Counted from the first letter of the stretch, positions 53,501 to 63,168 are shown. The stretch: DNA of 64,000 nt from Pedosphaera sp. (GCA_031414955.1 JANOQV010000305.1:1-64000), one strand, 5' to 3'. The notes: generated by a model not told the origin, from the letters alone. Program-made: numbers and translations.

Positions 53501-53753
53501 CGATGCGATGCGGCTTCTCGGCGAGCTGCTTGTCGGGCTTGTCGTTGGAGCCGGACGAGTCGGTGACATAGAGGCGGCCCTGCTCGTCGAAATCCGCCTC
53601 GATGGGGCGCGGGGCGAGGTTGGTGCCGGCGACGAGTTCAATCTCGAAGCCGTCGGGCAGGGTGAAATTGTGCGCGCCGATTTTGAATTGCGCGGCGGGC
53701 GCGGCGGAGAGGCCCGTCAGCATCAGGCAAACGATGGGAATGAGAGTCTTCAT
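50598..53753 (-). CDS. PVC-type heme-binding CxxCH protein
   Basis: Signal peptide MKTLIPIVCLML, LPDGFEIELVAG, EDTDGDGKFD, propeller repeats, HEAT repeats, CSACH..GGNVGPDLT, SVMPSGL. Confidence 0.92.
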   Translation of the reverse strand: MKTLIPIVCLMLTGLSAAPAAQFKIGAHNFTLPDGFEIELVAGTNLAPRPIEADFDEQGRLYVTDSSGSNDKPDKQLAEKPHRIVRLEDTDGDGKFDKQIVFADTMMFPVGCMWLDGSLYVAAPPSIWKLTDTNGDGVADVREEWFQGKTLTGCANDLHGPYAGPDGWIYWCKGAFAKQTYTLPDGKEFSTRASHIFRARPDGTGVEPVMTGGMDNPVGLAFTPEGERILSGTFFQHPAGGKRDGLIHALYGGVYGKDHDVLDGHPRTGDLLPMMTHLGAAAPAGLMRYESDVFGKEFQNNLFVACFNMHKIVRCVMEPSGATYKTTDSDFLVSDNTDFHPTDVFEDADGSLLVVDTGGWYKLCCPTSQLHKPDVLGGIYRVRRKGVTKLADSRGLKIDWAKSDLKSLTKLLGDSRPAVARRAIQTLGKKGAEAIGALCEAGIFCRPMNSPGVFGEQREPETPSASKRQNVVWALTRMDNPQARAAIHRALFDADESVKHAALHSVSLRRDETDSIHLAEFLRPEQPAHLRRAAAEAIGRIGATNLASLLLPFGIGDATKMDRSLEHSLIYALLEIGDANSVLRYGYGNGSGPALMIRDALIALDQMPGDNLKPAQVVPLLASTNALLKESASWIVAHHPEWGGEVARWIQDWFRPISSTTEQTQFADILARSAGQAEVQQRIAEMAGQPASQATALSAMARSRLKEIPDAWTDAVRAALDSKWGENNQRLAIAAASSFANAKRKEAELNAALQALARDEARSKTLRLSALAALPGDAIPSDASLFNFLRLALASDNSLSERSAAASVFAKARLNDVQLLTLANSVRSAGPLELPKLVGAFGRATNENVGLALVSSLEASKSVASLRAESLKPALTNFPATVQQKAEALLASLNTDAAQQKQHIDTLLASVKGGDIRRGQAIFNSPKTACSACHAIGYLGGNVGPDLTKIGQIRNERDLLEAIVYPSASFVRSYEPMIVATKDGEEYSGVLRKDAADEVVLATGPNTEQRIARNDITDLRPGAVSVMPSGLAEQLTKEEVADLLTFLRAAR

Positions 53754-53910
53754 GGCGATTCGGCATTGAACTGCGTTCATGGTGTGGTCGCCACTGAAAA
53801 CCGTGGCGAAGGGCAGGGCACTTGGCGGAGCGTTGAGCAGCCGCGCTACGATTTTCCGGCTTGCTTGTGCCGGAGGTGAAGCGCACAAACGTCGCCAACA
53901 CATCTCAATC

Positions 53911-55287
53911 ATGAAAAGGCATTCAGCACTCAGCATCAATCGTCGGCAGTTCATCCAACGCACCGGCGCGGGCGTGGCCTTGTTCAACATTCTGCCGGGC
54001 AGTTTGTTGAAGGGAGCCGACGCTACTACGCCCAACGCCAAGCTCAACGTGGCCGGCATCGGCATCGGCAGCCGGGGCGGCGCCGACGTGGGCGAGGTCG
54101 CGGGATTGGGGCATAATTTCGTCGCGCTGTGTGACGTGGATGACAAGTACGCGGCCAAGGAGTTCGCCAAGTATCCGAAGGCGAAGCAGTTCAAAGATTA
54201 TCGCGTGATGCTCGACAAGATGGGCAAGGAGATCGACGCGGTGGTGATCGGCACGCCCGACCATACGCACGCCGTCATCGCCATGGAAGCGATGCGCCGG
54301 GGCAAGCATGTCTATTGCGAGAAGCCGCTGGCCCACACCGTGCATGAGGTGCGCGAACTGATGGCGGCGGCGCGCAAGTACAAGGTGGTGACGCAACTCG
54401 GTAACCAAGGGCATTCGAGCGATTCCATCCGGCGCGTGTGCGAGTGGGTGTGGGCCGGGGCCATCGGGAAGGTCCACACGATTCATGCCGGCTGCAATGC
54501 GTTCAAGAATGTCTATTGCCAGATCCCGAACCTCGCCAAGCTGGACCAGAAGCATGAGGTGCCGGCGACGCTCGACTACGATCTGTGGGTGGGACCAGTG
54601 GAGTTTCGGCCGTACTCGCCGCTCTGGGTGCCGTGGAATTGGCGCGGGTGGATGCACTTTGGCGGCGGGACGATTGGCGACTGGATTTGCCATGTGGTGG
54701 ACCCGGCTTACTGGGCGCTGGACCTGGACGCACCGACCACGGTGCAGGCGGAAGTCACGGACTACGATGTGGCGAAGCACGGGCAGACTTATCCCTCGGC
54801 CACGAAGATCACGTTCGAGTTTCCGGCCAAGAAGGAGCGCGGCGCGGTCAAACTCGTCTGGCACGACGGCAACATGGAGATTCCCAAGCCCGCCGACTTC
54901 CCCGGCGATGAGAAGGTGCCGAGCACCGGCGCGATTCTCTTCGGCGACAAGGGAATGATTGTTCACGGCTCGCACGGCGGCGGCGGTTGTCATTTGCTCC
55001 CGGACAAACTGATGGAGCAGTTCTCCGGCAAGAACGCGCCGGAGAAAAAAATCACGCGAGTCAAAGGCCATGCGTGGGATTGGATCGAGGCCATCCGCAC
55101 CGGGCGCCAGGCGGGTTCGGACTTCTCTTACGGCGGGCCGCTCACGCAGGTGGCCTTGCTGGGCTTGATCGCCATCCGGTTCCCTGGTCAGAAGCTGGAG
55201 TGGGACGACAAGGGGATGAAGTTCACGAACAACAAAGCCGCCAACGCCTTGCTTCGTTCAACCTATCGGCGCGGGTGGAAATTGTGA
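53911..55287 (+). CDS. Gfo/Idh/MocA family oxidoreductase (Tat-exported)
   Basis: Twin-arginine NRRQFI, AGIGIGSRG, TPDHTHA, HVYCEKPL, GGGTIGDWICH. Confidence 0.92.
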   Translation: MKRHSALSINRRQFIQRTGAGVALFNILPGSLLKGADATTPNAKLNVAGIGIGSRGGADVGEVAGLGHNFVALCDVDDKYAAKEFAKYPKAKQFKDYRVMLDKMGKEIDAVVIGTPDHTHAVIAMEAMRRGKHVYCEKPLAHTVHEVRELMAAARKYKVVTQLGNQGHSSDSIRRVCEWVWAGAIGKVHTIHAGCNAFKNVYCQIPNLAKLDQKHEVPATLDYDLWVGPVEFRPYSPLWVPWNWRGWMHFGGGTIGDWICHVVDPAYWALDLDAPTTVQAEVTDYDVAKHGQTYPSATKITFEFPAKKERGAVKLVWHDGNMEIPKPADFPGDEKVPSTGAILFGDKGMIVHGSHGGGGCHLLPDKLMEQFSGKNAPEKKITRVKGHAWDWIEAIRTGRQAGSDFSYGGPLTQVALLGLIAIRFPGQKLEWDDKGMKFTNNKAANALLRSTYRRGWKL

Positions 55288-55294
55288 GATTAGC

Positions 55295-57388
55295 ATGATG
55301 AAACCTTTCGCGACCTTTTTGCTGGCCGCGGCGCTGGCGGTGCATGCGGCGGACGAAGCGATGTTCGTCACCATCCCGCTGGACCAGGCGAGCGGAGCGA
55401 AGGCGCTGGCGAGTTATCCGGCGACGGACGGCTGGTCGGCGGTCCCGCAAGGTCATCGGGTTTACCAGGGTGTGCCGTTCGAGGTGCTGACCAAAGTGCA
55501 ACTCGCGGGTAACACCGATTCGAAGGACGGCCGCCTTTATGTCGCGCGGAGCCTGGGCGTTCCGGTGGGGGAGAAGCTGGCCCGGCTCCATCTGCTGCAC
55601 GCCGCGAACATCACCGGACGGCCCGACCAACCGGTGGCGGCGCTGCGTTTGCACTACGCGAACGGCGCGACGCAAACGCTGTTCATCACCTACGGCGTCC
55701 ATGTGCGGAACTATTACAAGGATAACGAGGAGGACACGGTAACGGATCGCCATTCGCGCTCCGTTTGGATCTTGGCCCGGCCCAAGTATCCCGGCTCGTT
55801 TAACCGGCTCTACACGACCACTTTCAATCTGCGCACCGATTCGGATTTGGACCGCATCGATGCCTACTCGCTCTTTGGCCGAAGCTCCTATTTGCTCCTG
55901 GCCCTGACGGGTGAAACCGCGAGCGGTCCCGCGACTGCCACCCTCACGCCTTCCGGCGACGATTCCAAATATCGCGACGAGCTGTCACTGAAGGTGACGG
56001 ACCAGGAGGGCAATCTGATCGGCGGGGCGTCCGTGCGGGGCGTCGCGCTGGAGACCACCAACAAGGTCACGACGCTGGGGCGGATGGATGACGCGGCCAG
56101 CGAGGCCGGGAATGTGCCGGTGGATTTTCCGGCGGGAACGCGGGACTTGCGGCTCGTGGTCTCGGCCAAGGATTTTGTGTCGGACGAAAAGGTTCTGACC
56201 GCGCCGGATGGAAAGTTTTCTCGGAACGTGAACGTGCGGCTCGAACGGGGGGCGCGCGTCGGCGGAGTGGTGAAAGACCAGTCCGGCCAACCCGTCGAGA
56301 AAGCCAGGGTGAGCATTTACCGGGTGACGAACGAGAGCAAAGACGAGCCGCTCCGCTACGCCGAAAGCACGACGGACAAGCGTGGGCGCTGGTCGACGCG
56401 CGAGGTTCCAGAGTCATTGGAGAACTTGCGCTTCCAGATCACGCACAAGGATTTCCGCCCGATGGAAGTGGAGTTCTCCGGGGAAGGCAGTGGTGCGTTG
56501 ACTCGCCAGGCGCTGCTCTCTTCCAAGGCCGAATTTCAGTTCGCGCCCGCCCCGACTGTTTCCGGCACGGTGCGCGACACGGCTGGGCAGCCTCTCGCGG
56601 GCATCGAAGTGACGCTGCTTCGCACCAACACCGACAAGACCACGTTCACTGATCAGGTGCGCACCGATGCCGTAGGGCGCTTTGCCTTTCGAGCCGTCGA
56701 AGCCAGTCGCGTCAGGCTCATGGTGAACGATCCTCGCTTTGCGCCCACGGCCTACCTGGTCAAGCTCGATCAGCCGCCGGCTCCTCTCGCCATCACGCTT
56801 ACGTCCGGCCAGTCGCTCAAGCTGCGTGCGGTCGAGGCTCCGACGCGGCTGAATCGTGCCATCGGCCCGCCCATTCCGCGTGTCATTTTCAGCGTGGTCG
56901 ATGCCGGCTCGATCAGCTTCTTGCGCACCAATGCCGACTTCCAGGGCAAGGCGGTGTGGGAAAAGCCGCTGCAACATTCCTCCGAGACCACCAATGGCGT
57001 GGAAGGCAAAATCCTGGTTCGTACCGAGCGGGTCGGCGGATACCGGGCCGGGGCGAAGTGGATCGATCCGAACGCGGGCGAAGCGCTGATTACCATGGAG
57101 AAATGGATTCCGTGGAAGATTCGTGCGATCGATGCGGACACCAAACAGCCCATCATGAACTTCACCACCCTGAACAGCCGTCCGCCCACTTTCCAGGACA
57201 AGTTTGGCCCGTCCCGGGCCGTGAATGGCGAAGCGCTCGGTGGTTATTTCGCCGAGACCTTCATCCACGAACGCGTCCTGACCATCGAAGCCGAAGGCTA
57301 CGAAACGCTGCGCTTTCCGCTCCTGCCCGAACTGGGCGCGACGAATACTTACGAGCTGAAGCTGAAGCCTGCCGGCGCGAAGCTGTGA
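55295..57388 (+). CDS. Secreted protein with N-terminal beta-sandwich and carboxypeptidase-regulatory-like domains
   Basis: Signal peptide. GVPF…LHLLHA…LHYANG domain. Repeats G.V.D..GQP..G..V…TD..GR(W/F). Confidence 0.7.
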   Translation: MMKPFATFLLAAALAVHAADEAMFVTIPLDQASGAKALASYPATDGWSAVPQGHRVYQGVPFEVLTKVQLAGNTDSKDGRLYVARSLGVPVGEKLARLHLLHAANITGRPDQPVAALRLHYANGATQTLFITYGVHVRNYYKDNEEDTVTDRHSRSVWILARPKYPGSFNRLYTTTFNLRTDSDLDRIDAYSLFGRSSYLLLALTGETASGPATATLTPSGDDSKYRDELSLKVTDQEGNLIGGASVRGVALETTNKVTTLGRMDDAASEAGNVPVDFPAGTRDLRLVVSAKDFVSDEKVLTAPDGKFSRNVNVRLERGARVGGVVKDQSGQPVEKARVSIYRVTNESKDEPLRYAESTTDKRGRWSTREVPESLENLRFQITHKDFRPMEVEFSGEGSGALTRQALLSSKAEFQFAPAPTVSGTVRDTAGQPLAGIEVTLLRTNTDKTTFTDQVRTDAVGRFAFRAVEASRVRLMVNDPRFAPTAYLVKLDQPPAPLAITLTSGQSLKLRAVEAPTRLNRAIGPPIPRVIFSVVDAGSISFLRTNADFQGKAVWEKPLQHSSETTNGVEGKILVRTERVGGYRAGAKWIDPNAGEALITMEKWIPWKIRAIDADTKQPIMNFTTLNSRPPTFQDKFGPSRAVNGEALGGYFAETFIHERVLTIEAEGYETLRFPLLPELGATNTYELKLKPAGAKL

Positions 57389-57520
57389 GTGGTGAACGAG
57401 TCGCGAGACCGTCCAGGTTGCCGTGGGGAAGGCGGGGGCGGCCTTGAATGCGAACAGTTTCTTGCAGCGCTCATACAAATCTCTCCGGCAGAGGTGTCTT
57501 CTATTTGACGGCTAACACTT

Positions 57521-58999
57521 ATGGAAAAACCAACGCGCGATTCGGAACCGGCGGGCCCGCCAGTCCGCAGGTATTTTTGGTGGCTGATCGGCGGCTGTGC
57601 GGTCGTTTTGCTTGTCGCGATGCTGTGGCCGAGACGGCCCGCACTGCGTGCTGATGCTTCCGGTGCCGCGTCGATCACCGCCACAGGATCCTCCTCCAGT
57701 TCCGGCAGGGTCGCACCGGCGCATCCGTTTGCGCGCCGTTCCAGTTCGCCCGCAGCTCACCCAGCGGACGGGCTGACGGCGGAAGAAATCGTCACCAACA
57801 AAGTCGTCCAGTTCGCCCGCAACCGGCGCAAGCTCATGCACGACATGGCGGGCCGGTTGAAAGTGAAGGTGCCGCCGAAACTCGATGAGTTTTTCACCAC
57901 AGCGGAGTCCGGTAAATGGGAGGACATAGAGGCTGCGTTCAAATCACTTGCCGCCTACAAGACCAATCTCATCGAGGCAGCCGAGAAAAACAGGGATGCG
58001 GCCGGCAAATTCGGTCCCGAGGACGAAGCGTGGGCCTTGGCGAATCTCTGGCCGTCGGTGACGGAAATGCACGGCGTGGCAGAGGCGGCGCACACCTGGC
58101 CCGCGCAGCGCCTGCTCGATTATGGGAACGCCATTCTCGACTCCCTGCGTCCTGGCACGGTCTATCTCGGCGGCACGGACGCGGGCCGCTACATTCCGAC
58201 CCTGCTGAACGAAACCAGCGAGGGCGAGCGGCATGTCGTCCTGACCCAGAACGCCTTCGCGGATGGAACCTACCTCGAGTACACGCGGGCGCTTTACGGT
58301 GATCGCCTGGCCACGTTGACGGCGGAGGATTCTCAACGCGGCTTTCAGGAGTACATGGCCGACGCTCAGAAACGCATGAAGCACGATCAGGAATTCCCCA
58401 ACGAACCGAAGCAGCTTCGCCCCGGTGAAAACGTGCGCGTTGACAACAACCGCATGCAAATCTCCGGGCAAGTCGCCGTCATGGCGATCAATGATCGCCT
58501 GGTGCAAATCCTGATGGAGAAGAATCCCGGTGTGCCGTTCGCCATCGAGCAAGGTTTCCCGCTCAACTCCACCTACGCCGGAGCGACGCCGCTCGGTCCC
58601 ATCATGGAACTGGGTTCACCGAACCAGCCCAGTGCCATTACCGCCGAACGCGCGACCCAGGCCGTGGATTACTGGCGCAATGCCGCGCAGCAGTTGAACG
58701 CCGATACGACGGCGAACGACTCGCTCGCCATTCGCAACGCCTACGCCAAGATGGCTTCCGAGCAGGGTGCGCTGCTGCTCGCCCGTGACCACGCGCCCGC
58801 GGCCGAACAGGCCTTCCGCATCGCCACAGAAATTTCCCCCGGCCAGGCGGACGCTGTCTCCGGCTACGTGAAGTATCTGGGCGAGCGCGGCCGGTTCGAC
58901 GAAGCCATCCAAGTTTTGGAGAACGCCTTGAAGGCAGCACCGGATAACAAACAGTTCCGGGAGGGTGCGGAGCGTTTGCGGAACCGGAAGAAGCCGTGA
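57521..58999 (+). CDS. Membrane-anchored TPR-containing hypothetical protein
   Basis: Single N-terminal TM (FWWLIGGCAVVLLVAMLW). C-terminal TPRs (AEQAFRIATEISP, RFDEAIQVLENALKAAPDN). Confidence 0.8.
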   Translation: MEKPTRDSEPAGPPVRRYFWWLIGGCAVVLLVAMLWPRRPALRADASGAASITATGSSSSSGRVAPAHPFARRSSSPAAHPADGLTAEEIVTNKVVQFARNRRKLMHDMAGRLKVKVPPKLDEFFTTAESGKWEDIEAAFKSLAAYKTNLIEAAEKNRDAAGKFGPEDEAWALANLWPSVTEMHGVAEAAHTWPAQRLLDYGNAILDSLRPGTVYLGGTDAGRYIPTLLNETSEGERHVVLTQNAFADGTYLEYTRALYGDRLATLTAEDSQRGFQEYMADAQKRMKHDQEFPNEPKQLRPGENVRVDNNRMQISGQVAVMAINDRLVQILMEKNPGVPFAIEQGFPLNSTYAGATPLGPIMELGSPNQPSAITAERATQAVDYWRNAAQQLNADTTANDSLAIRNAYAKMASEQGALLLARDHAPAAEQAFRIATEISPGQADAVSGYVKYLGERGRFDEAIQVLENALKAAPDNKQFREGAERLRNRKKP

Positions 59000-59152
59000 G
59001 CACTCGGCAGCGGGCTGGTCTCCAATACCCATTTAGCTCGGTCATTACCTAGTTGGCAGGAATTTCCTCGGCAGATTGGAAAGAGCGCGCTCCGTCGCAG
59101 CTTCTTCAGGAAACGGCGTTGCGCCACACAGGCGGCTCTGTTTCGCTTCGCC

Positions 59153-60358
59153 ATCAATATCGCGATCATCGGCGGCGGTCCGGCGGGACTGCGCGCGGCA
59201 GAAGTTGCGGCGGCGGGGGGCGGGTCCGTGATGCTCTTTGACGCCAAGCCGTCGGTGGGTCGGAAATTTCTCGTGGCCGGTCGCGGTGGCCTCAATCTCA
59301 CCCACGCCGAACCTTGCGAACGCTTCGCCACCCGCTACACCGGGCCGGGGCAACCACCCGGAGTGTGGGCAAAGCTCCTCGCTGAATTTGATCCCGACAT
59401 GCTGCGGAAATGGGCGGCCGAACTCGGCGTGGAAACTTTTGCCGCGACGAGCGGACGTGTTTATCCGCGTGAACTCAAGGCCGCGCCGTTGCTGCGCCGC
59501 TGGGTGCATCGGCTGCGGGAAACCGGCGTGCGTTTTGCTCTGCGCCATCGCTGGACCGGACTCCGGCCGGGCGCGCGATGGCAGGTGGATTTCCTAGTTG
59601 AGGGCAAGGTTCGCACGGTGGAAGCCGACGCGGTAATCCTCGCGCTCGGCGGCGGCGCGTGGCCGGAGACGGGGTCGGATGGCGCGTGGGTTTCGGCCCT
59701 GGAGCGAGATGGTGTGGAGGTCGCGCCATTGATTGCGGCCAATTGCGGTTGGGAACTCGCCTGGCCGTCCGCCGTGCTCGCGCAGGCGGAAGGCCAGCCG
59801 CTCAAGAACATCACTGCCCGTGCGGGTGAAACCACGGCGTCGGGTGAACTCCTCGTGACTAAATACGGCCTGGAGGGCGGCGTGATTTACCAGCTCGGCC
59901 CGGCTCTGCGCGCCCTGCCGGAGCCGGAGATCGTCATTGATTTCAAACCTGCCCACACGGTCGAGCAACTCGTGCGGAAACTGGGCCATTGTCCTCGCAA
60001 CTTCCTCGCCGAAGCGCGTTCACGCTGGAAGCTCTCCGCCGCCGCTTTTGCCATTCTGGAAAATCTCCCGGGGTCTGAGCCGTTCACTTCGGCCGAGTCG
60101 CTCGCTACGACTGTGAAAGGTTGCACGATGCGACTCACCGGGCCGCGACCGATGGCGGAGGCAATTTCCTCGGCCGGCGGTGTTCGTTGGAGTGAACTGG
60201 ATGCCTCGCTCATGCTGCGCCGGCTGCCGGGTGTTTTTGTCGCCGGGGAAATGATCGACTGGGACGCGCCGACGGGCGGCTATCTCATGCAGGGCTGCTT
60301 TGCCACCGGCACCCGCGCCGCACGCAGTGCGTTGGAATGGCGGCGGGCCAGTGGTTGA
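59153..60358 (+). CDS. HI0933/BaiN-like flavoprotein (NAD(P)/FAD-dependent oxidoreductase)
   Basis: IAIIGGGPAG FAD motif in frame upstream of the called ORF. GRKFLVAGRGGLNLT, SGRVYP, ALGG.AWP.TGSDG, AISSAGGV, AGEMIDWDAPTGGYLMQ. No canonical start before the FAD motif; the start is placed at ATC 59153. Confidence 0.85.
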   Translation: MNIAIIGGGPAGLRAAEVAAAGGGSVMLFDAKPSVGRKFLVAGRGGLNLTHAEPCERFATRYTGPGQPPGVWAKLLAEFDPDMLRKWAAELGVETFAATSGRVYPRELKAAPLLRRWVHRLRETGVRFALRHRWTGLRPGARWQVDFLVEGKVRTVEADAVILALGGGAWPETGSDGAWVSALERDGVEVAPLIAANCGWELAWPSAVLAQAEGQPLKNITARAGETTASGELLVTKYGLEGGVIYQLGPALRALPEPEIVIDFKPAHTVEQLVRKLGHCPRNFLAEARSRWKLSAAAFAILENLPGSEPFTSAESLATTVKGCTMRLTGPRPMAEAISSAGGVRWSELDASLMLRRLPGVFVAGEMIDWDAPTGGYLMQGCFATGTRAARSALEWRRASG

Positions 60359-60369
60359 ACCGTGTTTCT

Positions 60370-63042
60370 TTAATCGTCGACATCATCCTTGGCCGGATGA
60401 TTGAAGACGAACGCGGCGCGGCGCGGCGGCGGCATCACCGAGTCCTCGCCCTTCACGAACTGCCAGATCACTTCATTGAGCGCGAGATCATCGGCGGCAT
60501 CTTCTTTGGTGAAATCCATCATGGCCGAGCGCCGGGCGCCGGGGGCACGCGGGCCATTGCGTGCGCTCAAATCAACTTGCGCCGGGCGGAGCGTGTAGGG
60601 CGTGAAGTCGGGCTTGCTGGTGAAGGACTTGAACATCGGGATGGCGGCGGCATCGAACTGCGACATGGGCTTGAGGCCGAGGATCAGTTCCATCGTACGC
60701 AACATGCTGCTCGTGGAATACATCGTGGAATCCACGGAGCGGCGCTTGATGTAGGGGCTGATGGCGTAGGCAATGGTGCGGTGGGCATCGACGTGGTCGC
60801 TACCGTTTTGCGCGTCGTCCTCGACGACGAAGATGGCGCTCTCCTTCCAGAACTTGGAGTGGGAGATGGCTTCGACGATCATGCCGAAAGCCAGGTCGTT
60901 GTCGCCCATGGCGGCGATCGGAGTGTATTTGTTCGAAGTGGTGCCAGAGGTGTGATCGTTGCCGATGCGGAGGATTTGGAGACGCGGCATGTCGCCTTCC
61001 TTCTCGAAACGCTTCAGCTCGGAGATGAGGCGGTCGGCGCGGCGCACATCGAGATAGTCCATGTCGAAGCCGCGATACCACGGGTCGAAGTGGCCTTCGA
61101 GGGCCTTGACCCGGGTTCGGCCTGGGTCGTTGAGGGTCTTGCCGTTGCTGATAAATTCGCCGTAGCTTCGATAGCTCACCCCAGCTTCGCGCGCGCGGTC
61201 CCAGAGGTAGCCGCCCGCCGGAGTGGCAATGGGGAAATTGCCCTCGGCCGGGTACATGTATTTCTTGTGCGAATTGTGGCCGTAGCTGAGCGGCCAGATC
61301 TTTTCCACGAAGTCCGAGGCGTAGGCGCCCATGGTCCACTCGTGGCCGTCGGCGCTGACTTCGCTTTCCACGTAGAAATTGTCGAGCAGCACAAACTCGC
61401 GGGCCAGCGCGTGATGGTTGGGCGTCACCTTCTCGCCGAAAAGCGTGATGGTCGGATCGCCGTTGCCTTCCGGCATGTCACCCAGCACCTGATCGTAGGT
61501 GCGATTCTCCTTGATGATGTAGAACACGTACTTGATGGGCGAAGTTTCGCCCAGCGTGCGCGGGATGGGATTGCTCCAATGGTTGGTTCCGGGTTTCGGG
61601 TTTCGAGTTTCGGGTTGGTCGGCGGCGAGATTCGTCTCCTCCTCCTCCGCCACGACCACGTTGGTGCGGGCGTGGGCCGGCAGACAGGAGTAGGCACGCG
61701 TGGTCCAGGTCTTCAACTGGGTATTGAACTTCTCGCCGGCCGGCAGGTCGATGATAGATAGCGAGCCTTGCATGAGGTGGGCGATGTATTCCCGCACGCT
61801 GGCCGGAGCTTCGCGGCCGATGGCCGGGCCGTTACGGTTGGGTTTGGAGATAAGCCCCTTGCCGTTGGCTACGAGCAACTTCTTGCCGTCAGGCGTCACG
61901 CGCACGCTGGTCGGATACCAGCCGACTGGGATGAAGCCGATGGAGCCGCTCCGGCCCGGTGTGCTGACATCGAAGACCGCGACCGTGTTGATGTTGGCGT
62001 TGGCCACGAACAGATGCTTCTCATCCGGCGAGAGCGCGAGCGAGTTGGGCGTGTTGCCCGGCGGGGAATTCGGGAGCAGTTCCGCCACCAACGTCTCGAC
62101 GGTTTTGCCCGTGTCGGTGTCGAGCACGGAGACTGAGTTGCGGTTGGCGTTGGCCACGTAGAGGTGTCTGCCGGATTTGCTCAGCAACATTTCATTCGGG
62201 TGTTCCTCAACGGACCAGCGCGTGACGAGTTGGCGTGTGTTCAAATCAATCACGGCCACGCAAGCCTGGGCCCAGAGGCTCACGTAGAGGCGCTGGCGCT
62301 TGTCATCGACCACGCAGCCGTAAGGGTAGGGGAGATCGGAGCGCGCATCGGAGAGGGCGGCCTCGGCGCGTTTGGTGATGGCCGCCTCGTCCTCGGTGGC
62401 GGTGGAATTGGTGCCGAAGGCGAGCAGGGCGTTCGTGCTGAACAGGGTTTCGCCGTTGGTCTTCCCATCCGTGAGCCCGACGTAGCTGACTCGATGGCCG
62501 AACAGGTTGGCCACATAAAGATTCTGGCCATCGCGGCTCAGGGCCAGGCCTGCGGGCACGCTGCGCAGCTTGCGTTCGCGCAGCGCGATTTGTTGATGTC
62601 CGCTCAGATAACCTTCCTCAAAGTCAAAGGCGTGAACCACTTCATCACCCGCGCCGCTGCAAAAGAGGCGGCGGCCATCGGGCGCGAATGCGAGGCCGTA
62701 GAAAGATTCCTCGACCGAGACGCGGGACACGACCCGCACGCTGTTGGTCTTCAAGTCCACGATAATGATCTCGTTCTCGCTGTTGCCGGAATGCAGCACG
62801 GCGGCGTGGCGGCCGTTGGGCGAGACGGCGATGTTGACCGGGAAGTCGCCCAGCGCGATCTGCCGGCCGACCGGCCGGAGCGACCACTGATTGGGCAGCA
62901 GCACCGAGCCATCCCGTTTGGCGCCGGGCACATCCGGCACGCCGCGCGCGAGATCGCGCTGGGTCAGGGTCGGGCGCGAACTGGAACAGGCGCCGAGAAT
63001 GACGAGTAAAGTCGCGGCGAGGCCGCTCACAAAGTGCTTCAT
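60370..63042 (-). CDS. Bifunctional YncE-like beta-propeller / alkaline phosphatase-superfamily (phosphoesterase) lipoprotein
   Basis: Lipobox LGAC. Propeller repeats (LYVANANRNSVSVLD, IPVGWYP). Phosphoesterase motifs IIKENRTYDQVLGD, SADGHEW, NDHTSG, EDDAQNGSDHVDAHR. Confidence 0.9.
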   Translation of the reverse strand: MKHFVSGLAATLLVILGACSSSRPTLTQRDLARGVPDVPGAKRDGSVLLPNQWSLRPVGRQIALGDFPVNIAVSPNGRHAAVLHSGNSENEIIIVDLKTNSVRVVSRVSVEESFYGLAFAPDGRRLFCSGAGDEVVHAFDFEEGYLSGHQQIALRERKLRSVPAGLALSRDGQNLYVANLFGHRVSYVGLTDGKTNGETLFSTNALLAFGTNSTATEDEAAITKRAEAALSDARSDLPYPYGCVVDDKRQRLYVSLWAQACVAVIDLNTRQLVTRWSVEEHPNEMLLSKSGRHLYVANANRNSVSVLDTDTGKTVETLVAELLPNSPPGNTPNSLALSPDEKHLFVANANINTVAVFDVSTPGRSGSIGFIPVGWYPTSVRVTPDGKKLLVANGKGLISKPNRNGPAIGREAPASVREYIAHLMQGSLSIIDLPAGEKFNTQLKTWTTRAYSCLPAHARTNVVVAEEEETNLAADQPETRNPKPGTNHWSNPIPRTLGETSPIKYVFYIIKENRTYDQVLGDMPEGNGDPTITLFGEKVTPNHHALAREFVLLDNFYVESEVSADGHEWTMGAYASDFVEKIWPLSYGHNSHKKYMYPAEGNFPIATPAGGYLWDRAREAGVSYRSYGEFISNGKTLNDPGRTRVKALEGHFDPWYRGFDMDYLDVRRADRLISELKRFEKEGDMPRLQILRIGNDHTSGTTSNKYTPIAAMGDNDLAFGMIVEAISHSKFWKESAIFVVEDDAQNGSDHVDAHRTIAYAISPYIKRRSVDSTMYSTSSMLRTMELILGLKPMSQFDAAAIPMFKSFTSKPDFTPYTLRPAQVDLSARNGPRAPGARRSAMMDFTKEDAADDLALNEVIWQFVKGEDSVMPPPRRAAFVFNHPAKDDVDD

Positions 63043-63168
63043 AGAATGGCCGTGGTTATCTCCGAAGCCCTTATCGGTTGCAACGGGAGAGAAGGTTTGT
63101 GAACGGCGGCTGCCTTCCACAACGCCCCTCGACAGCCGGCCATGCCTCGTTAGCCTCGCGCCTCGAAC

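Noticed and set aside
58997..58999. TGA read-through or selenocysteine fusion of the TPR protein with the in-frame flavoprotein
   Set aside because: The TPR protein ends naturally (RNRKKP), the linker is not protein-like and no SECIS is evident. The in-frame arrangement is plausibly chance.
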